Origin: a virus
Lineage: Duplodnaviria > Caudoviricetes
Length of the DNA: 39,213 nt
Direction: 5' to 3' (one strand)
IMG/VR virus record: IMGVR_UViG_3300025288_000047
Span: 1 to 39,213 of that record
Part shown: piece by piece, positions 1-11,086 of the stretch
How positions within the stretch are numbered: position 1 is the first letter of the stretch
How the letters are laid out: the number at the start of each line of letters is the position of its first letter
Made by a program: the position numbers and the translations under genes
Notes under the pieces: model-generated
Told to the model about the DNA's origin: nothing
The model's input: only the letters and a program-made list of their open reading frames with translations
The model's database searches: none

Positions 1-1
1 T

Positions 2-3000
2 GGCCAAACCCATGACTCCCCTGAAGCCACCCTTACCCCTCTTCAAGTGGTTGGGCTCGGGGAAGCAGTGAGTGGTGCTCTTCAGGTGCCCAGTGTCCTA
101 GATGCCCATTTCACCGAAAGCAAGTTTTCCATTAAGGTGGGGGACCGCACCTACACCCATGACTACCCCGCTACAGGGGATGGGCTACTGGTAGGTGTGG
201 CATTCCTGCCCCCCTTTGTGGCTGGAGATGTGGTGGAGTATGACACCGCCACAGGCACGCTCCTGTTTGGCGATGCTCTGCTTGCAGATCTTGGAGGCTC
301 TGACGCCATCTATCACGAAGAGTTCCTTTCGACGTTGGTGGCGGGGCAGGCTGAGTACAACCCTGCCACAGGGGCCATCAACCTGTCCGCATTGGACTTG
401 GTGAGCTACACTGGGGAGCCATGCTACTTTGTGGAGCAGATGTTGACCGAAGGACAAGAGGACGTGGTCGTTGCCCCCTTGTCAGGATCCTTCTTCTTTC
501 AGCAGCCCTTGAGGGCAGGGCAGATCGTGGAGGCGTCCTACTATCCAGCAGACAACCTTGGCAACCTGTCCGGAGGTCTTGTCACAGAGTTCTTGCCCAC
601 CCATATCCGACAAGAGCAAGCGACTCGTGTAACAGATCTGGAGTACACGATCAACCCTACAGGGAGAACAATCGCACCCATTGGTGAGTATGTCTGGGTG
701 GACGCTTTCCTTCAGAACTTTGGGAATGCAACGGATGTGGTCCTGTTTGGGGGCACTCTTACCTTTGCCAACAGTATCACTAGCACCGCTGTTGTGGCAG
801 TGAGCTATGGGGTGTTCGAGGCCTTTGGTGGGGAGCAGGCATACAACACTTCTGTGTCTCCTGTGTACCGCCCACCTTTCTTTCTAGACGCCCAGCAGAC
901 AGCCTTCACCTTGGCGGGGGATAGAACGTTAGAGATGGAGGCAGGCAAGCTGCTTCGTCTTGGGGCACAGCCATTCTACATCAAGAGTTCTCTCTTTGAT
1001 GGCACCAACACGACGGTTAATATCTGGCCACCTTCAGCCTTGGAGGCGGGATCAAGATCTCCAGGCAATGACGTGCTCACATTGCTCTCTTCCCGTCCGG
1101 TAGCGTTGTCTGTAGATGGGGTTAGCACGGCTGGGAGGACTGGGTTCCTACTCCCTTTGGTGGGGTTGGATTACGAGCCAGTAGGTCCGGGTCGGAATCA
1201 GATCACGTTCTATGGGGATGTGACTCGGTACATGGCGTCAGGACACCTGTTGGAGGTGGGGGGGTTCCCATTCCTTGTGGCCTCTTCCCGTCTAGCTAGT
1301 GATGGCAGAACCACACAAGTCAACCTGACTTCTCCCACCCCACAAGCGTTTGATGGTGCTGTGGTGCGAGCTTCGGCCAGGCCAATCTACCCGCCAAGTC
1401 CACAAGCCTTTGAGGGCATCTATGCTTTCCTTCCAGAGGAAGGGGTTGATTTGGTAGTGGTCCCCTCCAATGCACCAGGTAGAACCTTGGTGGCAGGGGT
1501 GGATTACACAGCGCAGCCTACGGATGGTCGAGTAGACCTTAATAGACCCTTGGGTGTGGGGGAGCGCTTGCTCTTCTCCTATACCCTCCTGAGGACTTTG
1601 GCACCCTTTGTGTCCAATGGGGCGGTTGTGTACCCAAGGTACAAAGCAAAGTACTCCTATGTCTCGGCTCCTTCGGTAGCTAATGGTCTTCTGGGGACCA
1701 CGCTTCAGGCGAAGTACACATTCAGTAGCCCAGACTCGTTCTTCTACCGCACTGTCCCTCTCCAGACCTACATGGGTGAGGTAGCACAACAGGCGGTTCG
1801 AAAGGTGCAGGCACAGATGCCTATGGGTGGACCTTTGGTTGTGTCTGGACCTGCAGTCAACAATTACGACATGGGCGTGGTTGGATTGCTAGGCCAACAG
1901 GCAGACCTAGAGGGTCAAGATCGGGCCGCGCGTGCCTTCATCCAGATGTACAATGACACCATCGTCTCTTTTGAGCAGTCCATGGAGACCATGCAGGGTG
2001 GGATCGTTGGAGACTACGACGGCAAATTCCGATTCTTTGTGGGCCGTGATAAGCCCTATACTCCGCCGGGATATGAGGACTCCATCACAGGTCGGATGAA
2101 TTCCCGTGCGGTTTGGGTTGAGGTCTTCCTAGCTGCCAGTGGGTCAATCCGCCCAACACCTTTGGATGTGCTTGTCAATCCTGAGACAGCATCCTTGAGT
2201 GTTCAAGGGGAGGTTGTGGGTTCTGTGATGGATCCCTACACCCTAGACTTCTACATGCAGAAGCAGAAGAGCTTCTTGCGGAACGATATGGATGATGTGG
2301 TGCTGACCGGGTCACAGCGCCCCCTCTTCCAATGGGGCAACACGAAGATGTTGGGGGAGTATGCTCCCATGTGGACAGCACACAAGTTGTCCCGTCTGTA
2401 CCCCGAATCTACACAGGCCTTTACCACCACGTTGCCCGGTATGGGAGACACTGGTGTTTATGCCTTCCTCAAGATGATCAACGCACCTGCATTGTCTAAC
2501 GGAGGTGCGTTGGTTCTAGGCAGCACCTTCGGTCGTATGATTGGGGCCGTGGCCAACCCTGCCATGGGGCATATCACGAATATCTCGGATATCCAGACGC
2601 GGAGCAGAATGTCCCGCGCTAGGGTTTGGGCCTACTCCCCAACAGGGTTCCCTGAGGTGGATGCAATCTTCTCAGGGGATCCAACGTACACCCCTACAGC
2701 AGGGGTTGCTACCGTCTTGGCCACCGTGGGCCCCTTGAAGGACTTCCCCGTAGATGCCAGCACGGGCCTCCCGGACTTCACTCGATTTCTGTCTGAGGGC
2801 GGGGATCTCTTGGATCTGGTGACTGGAGACACCGTGCTGTCCAACCCCTCCTTTGTGGGGACGGATTTTCAGATTCAGTTTGGGCGTCCTACAGGGGAGT
2901 CTGTTTCTGTTGGCAATGCGCAGCAGATCCTTCGCAAGCTCTTTCAAGGGATCAACACCACCCCCACCTATGGCGGCGTTTTTGTTGGGGCGGTGCAGAA

Positions 3001-6000
3001 GGGTTGCATCCTCACCCTTGCCGATGACAAGGGCAACGCCCTCTCTGGGGCAGATGTTCTTGCCATTGGTGTGGATGTGCTGGATGGGTCCCCTATTGCT
3101 GTTGGTGAGGGGGACACAATCTATGTGATTGCTCCACAATCCAAGGATGCCTCCAACATGTCTAACCCTCCTACAGTGGAGGAGATGGTACAATTCGCTG
3201 AGGCTCGTCCAACTCTTGACGTGGGTGTGCGTCGACAGCGTGGGGAGTGGTTTGATCTTTCCCTCCCCTCTCTCCAAGACCCTTCGTTCCCCATCAAGGA
3301 GTTGACCAACCAGAAAACTCCTGGTCCGCTTTCCACGATTGAAGCGGACGTAGCCTTCACCAACGTGTCAAGGAATCCTTTTGAGTTCCCTGCTCTCCGG
3401 GGAGAGTACACTAATGATGCAGGGGATTATGGTATCCCATACCTAGCCTCTGGCAACACCGAACTGGATCGCTTGGGGCAGGTCACACAGGCTTTTGAAG
3501 AAATCAAGGGCACGGATGCTTTAGGTGGGGCACAGGCGGTATACCCTGATGAAATCCTGATGCAGGATGGTCAGGTCAACACGGGTTCTGGAGATCCTGC
3601 TACGTTGTACACCGCCCAAGATCTCCTGCCTGTCACCACTGCAGGGTCTTATGTGGCCCATTCGGGTGTGGGAGATATCCGACCCTTTGATGTGGTTCTT
3701 GTGGAGGTCCCCAATGGTGGGATGCCCGTGGGGTCTACAGGCATCCTGTCCGTGGGGGCCGTTGGCCACACCACCCTTGAGGTGCCCCGATTCATCTCTG
3801 CTAGTAGGGATGGGGATGTCATCAAGTACACCTTGCACAATGCCATGGCTCATGTGTCTTCTGGCGCTACGGGTGTGTTGGTGGGCTATACCGCTGGGGT
3901 CACCACTTTTGACATCTCCTCCATTACTGGCGCTCCCATTTTCAATGATGGGTCCGGGGCCTTTAATCCTACAGGAGGTTTGAACAACCTGTGGGCTGCA
4001 AACAATGCCCTAGTGCTTAGGCTGTACGAGAATTCCTCTAGTGGTACACCTGGGGTCTTGGTTGAAGAGATCGTCTTAACGGGATCGGTGGTGCATGGTG
4101 AGTCTGGGGCGAATATTACCGTGCTATCCATCTCGGCAGATGCGAAAACCATCCGAGTGTCTACGGCTGCTCCTTTCGTTTCGCACACTGGGGTGCAGTA
4201 CGACTTCACCTTGACAGTGGACACCTGGGTGGGGGCTACTACGGATGCCCTAATTACATCTTTGGGGGGCACTTCTCCCGGAGTGGGCGGGGGGAGCGGT
4301 TCAACAACGGGGTGGGTATCAAGTGATCGCCTGACATTTCAAGAGCGGTTTGACCTGCGCTCTGCACCTGTTCGTGGTGCGGTGAATGCGGGAAGCACAG
4401 TCATTGAGGCAGGGTTAGAGGTTTGGCGTGTCACGGCTTCTGGGTTGCTTTGCAGTGTGAACCAGCCCCATGAAGTGAACGCTGACAGCCTCTTTACAGG
4501 GGCTCCCTTGACATTGCTGGAACGTACTGGCCCATCCCCCGATGGCTCCATCCCTTCAGGCACACCCTACACGGGCACCTATGACACCACGGGCGTATTA
4601 GTACCCGGCGATGGTGGAGAGTTGGGAACATTCAAGGTGATGGCATGGGAGGGTGTTCCTGCTCTTCCCGATGCGATTCTCCCGTCCACAACAGGTATTC
4701 ATGTTGCGGCTCTGCCCAGTTCAGATTCTTTTGAAGGAGGCGTAATCTGCCAAGGGACAGCGGTAGTACAGGACAGCCTAGCTTGCATGGGTGTGGTGTC
4801 TCTTGGAGCAGGGGCTGTGTCCAACGTTGCGGCTGGGGATGTGCTAGTTGTGAGTTCCTCCAGTGTGGGGGATGCAGCGGTCTCTACTGGCACCTACTTG
4901 ATCCGGCACACTGTGGAAGATACTTCCGGAAGTGGCTATTTCCCCGTAGCTTTGGAAGGGCAGGCAGGCCCAAGTGGCCAGTGGTTCAATGCTGTTTTCC
5001 CGACAGTGCAGGCCTTTGCACTAGGGTCGCTGCAGGTAGCCATTTCAGATTTGGGGGTGGGCCCTTCGGGCAGCCTGTGGGACTTGGCTTCAGGGATGAA
5101 TCGACTTCATGTGCTTCCTGATGCGGGGGATCCTACCTCCATTGTATCCATGCAGATTTCTTCTGTGGACACCTTGACAAACACCTTCACCCTCACAACA
5201 GGCACTGCCCTCCAGGCAGATGGCACAACATCCCTGACGGATGCAGCCTTCTTTGCCTTGCTACAGGAGGGGCAGTTGGTGTCCGGGTTCCGCTATGTCC
5301 CGATTGGTCCTATGGGTCAAGGGTTGCCTTCAAACAGTGTGGTTGGTTTCGGGCATGGTGCCTCAACAACCTTCGGGTTCGAGGACATCCTCCTGTGTAA
5401 CCCTGTGCAGACAGGCAATGCTACGATCTACAAAGCCCACTTCTCCTATGGTGGTCCAAGTGCAATTCTTGTCGGCCCTGTTGTGGATGGGTCCGAGACA
5501 TTGGGGATCCTTGAATCTCCTGTAGGAGACAACCGAGGTTTCTTGGCTGAAGGCACCACGGTCTACTCTGGTGTTCCCGGTTGGATTGACCTAGGTGGCA
5601 TTCCTGTAACCGGAGGTACGCTTGTGGATTGGGAGGCAATCCACGGTGGTGCTGCAATCCATGGCATTGTCTTGGGCGGTGTCCGTTGCCTCCTCCCAGC
5701 AGACCGGATGGTGTGCTCCAATGCTGTTAATGCACAGGGCAATGCTACAGGCAACCAAGCGTTCCTTGCTGATTCTGGTCTGTGGATTGAGCCAAGTTGG
5801 GCACGGCCTACACGCCCCATCAATGACTTCAATGCCCATGTGGTGGATGCTTCCCGAAGTGTCAACTATGCCTATCAGGTGGGGATGCGTAACCCTGGGG
5901 ATTATCTCTTGCCGGGGTCAGAGGTGGTGTCCTTCACTGTGCGTAGGATCAGGCGGTTCCACCAACCGCTACAGAAAGCGGCGGATAACCTGACCCCTCT

Positions 6001-7489
6001 GCGCTTTGCGTATGAGATTCGTGTGGGAGTGGTCTCCTCCTATGTGGACTCTGGCTTCCTAGGGAAGAGGTTAGACGCAGATGTGTCCGTGTTTGGGTTC
6101 GCCACTCAACTGGGTGACTTCAATGATCCTAACGTGAACATTCATGCGGGAGACCAAGTCCGTCTATTAGGCGTGGGTGGCTCGGTGTTGGATATCGCAG
6201 AGGTGGCGAGTGTGGGCACCTCCTATCTCATGTTGGTGGAGCCGGGATTCACACAGAGTGTGCCTGTACCAGGACAGAGCTTCTCGGTATTCCTCCGTCA
6301 AGCGCCTGTACCACATGAACAGACCAATGAGGAGTTGCTGGGACAGGTGGTCAACCAGGTGGTCCACGCTTCGATTGCCGACCCTGTGTTGGGTAAAGGT
6401 GGTCGAGTAGATGTGTGGAATGCGCTGAAGGACCCCTCGGTGGTGGACTTCACTGCTTTGGGGATCTCCCAAGGGGATTTGGTCTTGGTAGATCCTGCTG
6501 GCCAGTTGTCAGGCCCTACAGGGACAGCAAGCCCTGTAGAGTATGGTGTGCGGCCCTTTGGAGATCAGTCTGTGGCAGGCCGTCCTTCCCATGTGGAGGG
6601 CCAGCCCTCCCCTCTTGATGACAATCGCGGGTATTACCGGGTGGTGTCTGTCGAGGTGGACCACTTGGTGGTGACAGGAGCCTCCACGTTTACAGGCCCA
6701 TTGGATTCGGATGTAGTCTTTGGAACTAGTGGTTTGGAGTACAGCGTGTACCCGCCTGTCACAGGCTCGAGCAACGCGAACCCTTCCTCTTTGTCAGGGA
6801 CTTCGGAGGGGCAGCAAGATTTACGTCCTACTCGTCCAGCAGGGGTGGATTCGGTGGATCCCAACTCCTACAAGGGAAACCAGTATAGCATTGAGCCCTT
6901 TAGCTACCGGGTGTTTAAGACCTCCCCTGTGTTCTCAGAAGGGGCAGTGGATTTGGTGCTGAGCATGCGTGAGAGGATGCTCTCATGGATGGAGGAGATT
7001 GGCTTAGCTACTATGGGGCTCAAGGCGGGGGCTTATTTTACTTTCCAGCGGGATCTTCATATTGAAGCCCTTGGGGATCCAGGGGATCCAGAGTCTGGTT
7101 TGGGCGTGGTATCTAATGCCATGATCAACCAAAGTGCGGGCTTGGTGGGCGCAGCTCCTTTCGAGAGTGCCTCGGATTGCTTGTCTGTGTTGGACCGCAG
7201 GTTTTGGGTTCTGGATTATCGTTTGGATGTGGAAACCCCTGTAGGTGGGGCAATCCCCTATGCTACCTTGACCCTGGGCGAAGGGCGTCCTGTACTTCCG
7301 GATAGGATTCAGGACGTGTTGGACAATGAGGATCGGTTTAGGCAGTTGCGCTATGCGTGGGTGCGGTATCGTGGGGACCGGGTGGAAGGGACCTTGCCTT
7401 CCTTGGAGAGGTTTGTTCAGGACATGCCTCAACGGAGACAGGCTCAGGAAGATCTCTTGAGGATGCAAGAAGGTTTGGGCTTGTTGTGA
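2..7489 (+). CDS. Giant virion structural protein (>2480 aa, 5'-partial), probably baseplate/tail-associated
   Basis: Frame is open from base 2 (GQTHDSPEATLTPLQ precedes the GTG at 47), so the true start is probably upstream of the window; G/V/T/S-rich beta-strand composition, internal repeats, helical C-terminus; lies upstream of baseplate genes. Confidence 0.75.
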   Translation, partial: GQTHDSPEATLTPLQVVGLGEAVSGALQVPSVLDAHFTESKFSIKVGDRTYTHDYPATGDGLLVGVAFLPPFVAGDVVEYDTATGTLLFGDALLADLGGSDAIYHEEFLSTLVAGQAEYNPATGAINLSALDLVSYTGEPCYFVEQMLTEGQEDVVVAPLSGSFFFQQPLRAGQIVEASYYPADNLGNLSGGLVTEFLPTHIRQEQATRVTDLEYTINPTGRTIAPIGEYVWVDAFLQNFGNATDVVLFGGTLTFANSITSTAVVAVSYGVFEAFGGEQAYNTSVSPVYRPPFFLDAQQTAFTLAGDRTLEMEAGKLLRLGAQPFYIKSSLFDGTNTTVNIWPPSALEAGSRSPGNDVLTLLSSRPVALSVDGVSTAGRTGFLLPLVGLDYEPVGPGRNQITFYGDVTRYMASGHLLEVGGFPFLVASSRLASDGRTTQVNLTSPTPQAFDGAVVRASARPIYPPSPQAFEGIYAFLPEEGVDLVVVPSNAPGRTLVAGVDYTAQPTDGRVDLNRPLGVGERLLFSYTLLRTLAPFVSNGAVVYPRYKAKYSYVSAPSVANGLLGTTLQAKYTFSSPDSFFYRTVPLQTYMGEVAQQAVRKVQAQMPMGGPLVVSGPAVNNYDMGVVGLLGQQADLEGQDRAARAFIQMYNDTIVSFEQSMETMQGGIVGDYDGKFRFFVGRDKPYTPPGYEDSITGRMNSRAVWVEVFLAASGSIRPTPLDVLVNPETASLSVQGEVVGSVMDPYTLDFYMQKQKSFLRNDMDDVVLTGSQRPLFQWGNTKMLGEYAPMWTAHKLSRLYPESTQAFTTTLPGMGDTGVYAFLKMINAPALSNGGALVLGSTFGRMIGAVANPAMGHITNISDIQTRSRMSRARVWAYSPTGFPEVDAIFSGDPTYTPTAGVATVLATVGPLKDFPVDASTGLPDFTRFLSEGGDLLDLVTGDTVLSNPSFVGTDFQIQFGRPTGESVSVGNAQQILRKLFQGINTTPTYGGVFVGAVQKGCILTLADDKGNALSGADVLAIGVDVLDGSPIAVGEGDTIYVIAPQSKDASNMSNPPTVEEMVQFAEARPTLDVGVRRQRGEWFDLSLPSLQDPSFPIKELTNQKTPGPLSTIEADVAFTNVSRNPFEFPALRGEYTNDAGDYGIPYLASGNTELDRLGQVTQAFEEIKGTDALGGAQAVYPDEILMQDGQVNTGSGDPATLYTAQDLLPVTTAGSYVAHSGVGDIRPFDVVLVEVPNGGMPVGSTGILSVGAVGHTTLEVPRFISASRDGDVIKYTLHNAMAHVSSGATGVLVGYTAGVTTFDISSITGAPIFNDGSGAFNPTGGLNNLWAANNALVLRLYENSSSGTPGVLVEEIVLTGSVVHGESGANITVLSISADAKTIRVSTAAPFVSHTGVQYDFTLTVDTWVGATTDALITSLGGTSPGVGGGSGSTTGWVSSDRLTFQERFDLRSAPVRGAVNAGSTVIEAGLEVWRVTASGLLCSVNQPHEVNADSLFTGAPLTLLERTGPSPDGSIPSGTPYTGTYDTTGVLVPGDGGELGTFKVMAWEGVPALPDAILPSTTGIHVAALPSSDSFEGGVICQGTAVVQDSLACMGVVSLGAGAVSNVAAGDVLVVSSSSVGDAAVSTGTYLIRHTVEDTSGSGYFPVALEGQAGPSGQWFNAVFPTVQAFALGSLQVAISDLGVGPSGSLWDLASGMNRLHVLPDAGDPTSIVSMQISSVDTLTNTFTLTTGTALQADGTTSLTDAAFFALLQEGQLVSGFRYVPIGPMGQGLPSNSVVGFGHGASTTFGFEDILLCNPVQTGNATIYKAHFSYGGPSAILVGPVVDGSETLGILESPVGDNRGFLAEGTTVYSGVPGWIDLGGIPVTGGTLVDWEAIHGGAAIHGIVLGGVRCLLPADRMVCSNAVNAQGNATGNQAFLADSGLWIEPSWARPTRPINDFNAHVVDASRSVNYAYQVGMRNPGDYLLPGSEVVSFTVRRIRRFHQPLQKAADNLTPLRFAYEIRVGVVSSYVDSGFLGKRLDADVSVFGFATQLGDFNDPNVNIHAGDQVRLLGVGGSVLDIAEVASVGTSYLMLVEPGFTQSVPVPGQSFSVFLRQAPVPHEQTNEELLGQVVNQVVHASIADPVLGKGGRVDVWNALKDPSVVDFTALGISQGDLVLVDPAGQLSGPTGTASPVEYGVRPFGDQSVAGRPSHVEGQPSPLDDNRGYYRVVSVEVDHLVVTGASTFTGPLDSDVVFGTSGLEYSVYPPVTGSSNANPSSLSGTSEGQQDLRPTRPAGVDSVDPNSYKGNQYSIEPFSYRVFKTSPVFSEGAVDLVLSMRERMLSWMEEIGLATMGLKAGAYFTFQRDLHIEALGDPGDPESGLGVVSNAMINQSAGLVGAAPFESASDCLSVLDRRFWVLDYRLDVETPVGGAIPYATLTLGEGRPVLPDRIQDVLDNEDRFRQLRYAWVRYRGDRVEGTLPSLERFVQDMPQRRQAQEDLLRMQEGLGLL

Positions 7490-7514
7490 CAAGCCTATTG
7501 CCTCCACTTTGTAA
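7485..7514 (+). promoter_or_regulatory. Copy of conserved upstream motif (putative late promoter/operator)
   Basis: TGT-gacaag-CCTAT-N13-TAA, same spacing as most other copies; overlaps a hairpin (GGCTTGT/ACAAGCC) around the upstream stop codon. Confidence 0.55.
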
Positions 7515-7526
7515 AGGACTCTCACA

Positions 7527-7748
7527 ATGACCTTGGAAGAAATGCGGGCAAGGCTCGAGGAATTAGGCATTCCACACGATCAGTGGCAGGTATCCCCTGG
7601 TGGGGTTCTGAGTTCAGAGGACTTGGAGTCCTACAAGACTATGCTCAATCAGGTTCGAGATCTGCTCCAGGTTCAGATTGGTCAGAGCAAGGCCCAACAA
7701 GAGGAAGCCACTGTGGCTCTACAGCGCATTAAGCATGGTGGTGCCTGA
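7527..7748 (+). CDS. Small coiled-coil hypothetical protein (73 aa)
   Basis: AAGGA SD-like sequence upstream; helical heptad pattern; TGATG stop/start overlap with next gene. Confidence 0.75.
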   Translation: MTLEEMRARLEELGIPHDQWQVSPGGVLSSEDLESYKTMLNQVRDLLQVQIGQSKAQQEEATVALQRIKHGGA

Positions 7749-10261
7749 TGGGCATCACTGGCGAAGGCAATTGGGGCATCGTCCAACCAGGTGTTCCGGC
7801 ACCATACACGGGAACAGCTTCGGATATCCAAGGCCTGCTTCAGGCAACCTTGGCGGTGTTGGACGTTCTCCTTGCAACCCTTCAGGTGGTGAAGGCTTTC
7901 TCTACAGGCACCCTCAACCCAATGAATGCTCTTGTTGAGGCATTGGTTGCAGAGCTGGAAGGAAAGCTGGACAACCTTCGGCAGTTGGGGGTGTATGTTG
8001 CTGGGGACACCGCATTAGAAGGTCCAAGTTTCAGTGCTCTTCTGGGTGGGTACACCGCGTATGAGCGACGGATGGTTGGTCGTCTAACGGATAGAGAGGA
8101 TCCTACTAGACCTAACTTCACCAACCAGTCTGCAACCCTTGCCGTGTTCTTGTATGCTTCTGCAGACACTTCAGGAATTGGCACCCTCACCAACACCCTC
8201 CAGCGTCTTCTTGCATTCTTTGGTCAAGATGTTCCTGTTCGTACCTACACCGTGCCTACTGGGTTACAAGCCAACTATGGGGTTACTGCCACACGTTTTG
8301 GGTCGTTGACTGAGGCGACTCGTGCAGGGGATGTTCCCCGCTATGCTAGCGTGAAGTGGAGGATGGCTCCTCCTGCTAGGGACACCAAGGTGCGTTGGCC
8401 AGATCTTGGGCCTAAGGGTTTTCTGGTTGAAGTCTCCACCGTCCAAGACGGGCTTGTCCTTGCCTATGACACTTACACGCAGGGTGCAGGTGCAGGGGCT
8501 AATGCAGAGGTGCGTGTTCGAGGGCTGATGCGTGACCCGAAGACAGGGACACCTTTTCGCCTGTATGGGGGCGTGGGGTTAGTTGATGCTGGGGACTTGA
8601 CAAACAGCACCTTCAAAGCAGTGGCGGATGGGACAGACCGTGAGACACGTCTGTATGCCTATCGGAGTTCAGCGGACAACACTCCAATCCCTTTGGGTTC
8701 CCTACAGGTGGGGGATAAACATCTCCTACAACGGACCTTCTTTGTGGAGGCTGGCTTTCTGAAGACTACCAGCCCAGGCCAAGGTTTTGCTGCAATTTTC
8801 TCAGGTGAGGATATGCCTTGGGATGCCCATTTCACGGTGGGTTCGGATGGAGTGGTGACAGGAACTCCTGTTGGGTCTTGTCCTGCTTCAACTGTATACG
8901 TTCGGGTGTCCGCAGTAACGGAGGCCATTGCTGATGTGGTGGTGACCACGAATGGTGTGGGGGTCACAGGCCCTCTGGCACAGAGCCTTTACTTGTGGAC
9001 AACGTCTTCTACGGACGTGGTGGGTCAAGCCCAGACAAACGGCAATGTGGTCTTTGGGACAGGGGTGTTTAATGCCGATGCAAAGACTGAGGCATCCGCT
9101 CCCCTGACACTAACATTCCCCGATAATAGTCCATCCCTATTTCTTGACACATTGACCTCCGCCTTGGTGGTGCTTGTGTTAGGACGTGCGGATCTTCCCG
9201 TGGCGGATTCCGGGTCCAGTTTTGCTCCAGGTAAGGCTTTGTCCTCAACAGGGTTGGAGGAGATCAGCCGACACTTGCTGAGTTCTCTAGGGCTGTCCAA
9301 GAATTACTTCCGTCGTAAGGGGGTTTCTCCTGAGGATTTTCGGGCCGATGTATTGTGGCGTTGCCGGAAACTTGCAGGGGAGATCTACGCTCGTGTGAGT
9401 CCTTTAGGAACCCTTGAGACGACCTTGGTGGATGTGGGGGCTGTGCTTAGGGACTTCACATGGAAGAGTGCAGATTCAAGACTGCCTGCACTGACAATAT
9501 TAGATTCCCTGCAGGACTCCAACATCAATTCGGGTTTGGCAGTCAACCCCTTCTCTCTAGGCTTGGGTCATGAGAAGAATGAGGCAATCTACAGGGGTTC
9601 GTTGTCTATCTTGATTGTAAGAGGCCCTGGCTTCATGGAGAAGACACCATCCGCTCAGGGGTGGTGGATGGTGGATCAAGGATCTGAAGACTGGTCCCCT
9701 GTGATGTATTCTGGCACCATTGCCGGATCTTCCATTTCGTTTTGTAGGAATCTGATCCCAGTGGCAGTCTACCAAGCTGCAGCTTCTGTGTTGAACGTGG
9801 CTTCGGCACCCATGACAGTGTCAGAGGGTAATGGGGGGTGGAAGGCCATGCGCCTATTCCCCCAAGGGGTTCCACCTGTAGAGAAGGCATTAGGTGCAGC
9901 GCTCCAGTGGGCCAAGTCTTTATCCGCAGGTCTCAAGGGGCAAACAGAGGTCTTGTCCGCCTACATTGATTTCCTTCAGGCTAGAATCCTTGAGATGCAA
10001 GCCTTGGTAGTACGAATCAATGCCCTTTTGGACACTATGGTTGCAGTCCCCCTACCCGCTGTGGCTGGTTTGGTGGTGACAGGGAATGGAACGGAGGGCA
10101 TCCTCTCTGCCTTGGTGGCCGCAGGTAATAAGCCGAGCGATGGGGTGCTGAATCCCATCGGTCCCTATGGCGTCTATGGTGGTGGGGTGGTGATTCTAGC
10201 AGGAGGACTCCCTAGGTCTATTCTTGAGATCCTTGCTTTGTTCTTTCCGAGGTCTACATGA
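7748..10261 (+). CDS. Hypothetical virion protein (837 aa) with helical/hydrophobic termini and a beta-rich centre
   Basis: Long ORF coupled on both sides (TGATG, ATGA); position in the structural operon. Confidence 0.8.
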   Translation: MGITGEGNWGIVQPGVPAPYTGTASDIQGLLQATLAVLDVLLATLQVVKAFSTGTLNPMNALVEALVAELEGKLDNLRQLGVYVAGDTALEGPSFSALLGGYTAYERRMVGRLTDREDPTRPNFTNQSATLAVFLYASADTSGIGTLTNTLQRLLAFFGQDVPVRTYTVPTGLQANYGVTATRFGSLTEATRAGDVPRYASVKWRMAPPARDTKVRWPDLGPKGFLVEVSTVQDGLVLAYDTYTQGAGAGANAEVRVRGLMRDPKTGTPFRLYGGVGLVDAGDLTNSTFKAVADGTDRETRLYAYRSSADNTPIPLGSLQVGDKHLLQRTFFVEAGFLKTTSPGQGFAAIFSGEDMPWDAHFTVGSDGVVTGTPVGSCPASTVYVRVSAVTEAIADVVVTTNGVGVTGPLAQSLYLWTTSSTDVVGQAQTNGNVVFGTGVFNADAKTEASAPLTLTFPDNSPSLFLDTLTSALVVLVLGRADLPVADSGSSFAPGKALSSTGLEEISRHLLSSLGLSKNYFRRKGVSPEDFRADVLWRCRKLAGEIYARVSPLGTLETTLVDVGAVLRDFTWKSADSRLPALTILDSLQDSNINSGLAVNPFSLGLGHEKNEAIYRGSLSILIVRGPGFMEKTPSAQGWWMVDQGSEDWSPVMYSGTIAGSSISFCRNLIPVAVYQAAASVLNVASAPMTVSEGNGGWKAMRLFPQGVPPVEKALGAALQWAKSLSAGLKGQTEVLSAYIDFLQARILEMQALVVRINALLDTMVAVPLPAVAGLVVTGNGTEGILSALVAAGNKPSDGVLNPIGPYGVYGGGVVILAGGLPRSILEILALFFPRST

Positions 10262-11085
10262 GTTTTTCTTGGCTAGGCACCTTTAGGCAGGGCCAATGGC
10301 AGTCCTTCCGAAAGTTCATCCTTGAAGAGCGTCGGGATGTTTCGGAAAGAATTGCTGTCATTGAGGCGGAGCTGTCAAGGATCGGAAGTGTGGAAATGCA
10401 TTACGCTTCAACCACCGATGCAGAGGGGGTTGTTAGCGTTACAGAGGAGCGTCTGGGCTTCTCTGTGACACCAGGATCTTCTCTAGGCAAGCTTGTACAG
10501 GCCTATGTAGCAATGGGGGGTTCGCCTTTGGATATCTCCCTGTTCCTTAGTCCTGATACTGTGGTTGTGGTGGATACGGATGTCACGACACAAATGCAGC
10601 CTCATGGTGGTGTAGTATCCCCGGAGTCTGGGTCCTATGCTCCAGGCCAGACCTACACTGGCGGGTACCTGTCCATCAAGAAGTACCTACCTCGTAGAGT
10701 AGGAGGGCGCAAGGATCTTGAAGACAGCCAAATGGCCTCTCGTGTGGATGCGGGTCGCAAGTGGGTGCGAAAAGAGATCCGGCACAAGCTGGAGGACATT
10801 GAGGGGCGGATTATCAAACTCATGGATTTGAGAGAACAGTTGCATGAGGAGTTGGATGATATTACGCTAGCCGCTGCAGGCATTGATATGTCCATGCCCT
10901 CTCTGGATGGGGATCGCTTTGACTCAGAGCTTTCGGTGGCACAGGTGGTGGCGGCTGTGGATTCCATTTTCTATGTGGTAGATGTGAATGGAAAGCCAGA
11001 TTTCACACAAGTCAATGAAGATCGTTTGGCTGTATACCCCCACCTTTTGGATGATGACCCAGAAGAGGCCAATACCAACCTCTAG
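10258..11085 (+). CDS. Hypothetical structural protein (275 aa) with two coiled-coil segments
   Basis: ATGA overlap with upstream gene; helical segments FRKFILEERRDVSERI and GRKWVRKEIRHKLEDIEGRI. Confidence 0.8.
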   Translation: MSFSWLGTFRQGQWQSFRKFILEERRDVSERIAVIEAELSRIGSVEMHYASTTDAEGVVSVTEERLGFSVTPGSSLGKLVQAYVAMGGSPLDISLFLSPDTVVVVDTDVTTQMQPHGGVVSPESGSYAPGQTYTGGYLSIKKYLPRRVGGRKDLEDSQMASRVDAGRKWVRKEIRHKLEDIEGRIIKLMDLREQLHEELDDITLAAAGIDMSMPSLDGDRFDSELSVAQVVAAVDSIFYVVDVNGKPDFTQVNEDRLAVYPHLLDDDPEEANTNL

Positions 11086-11086
11086 C

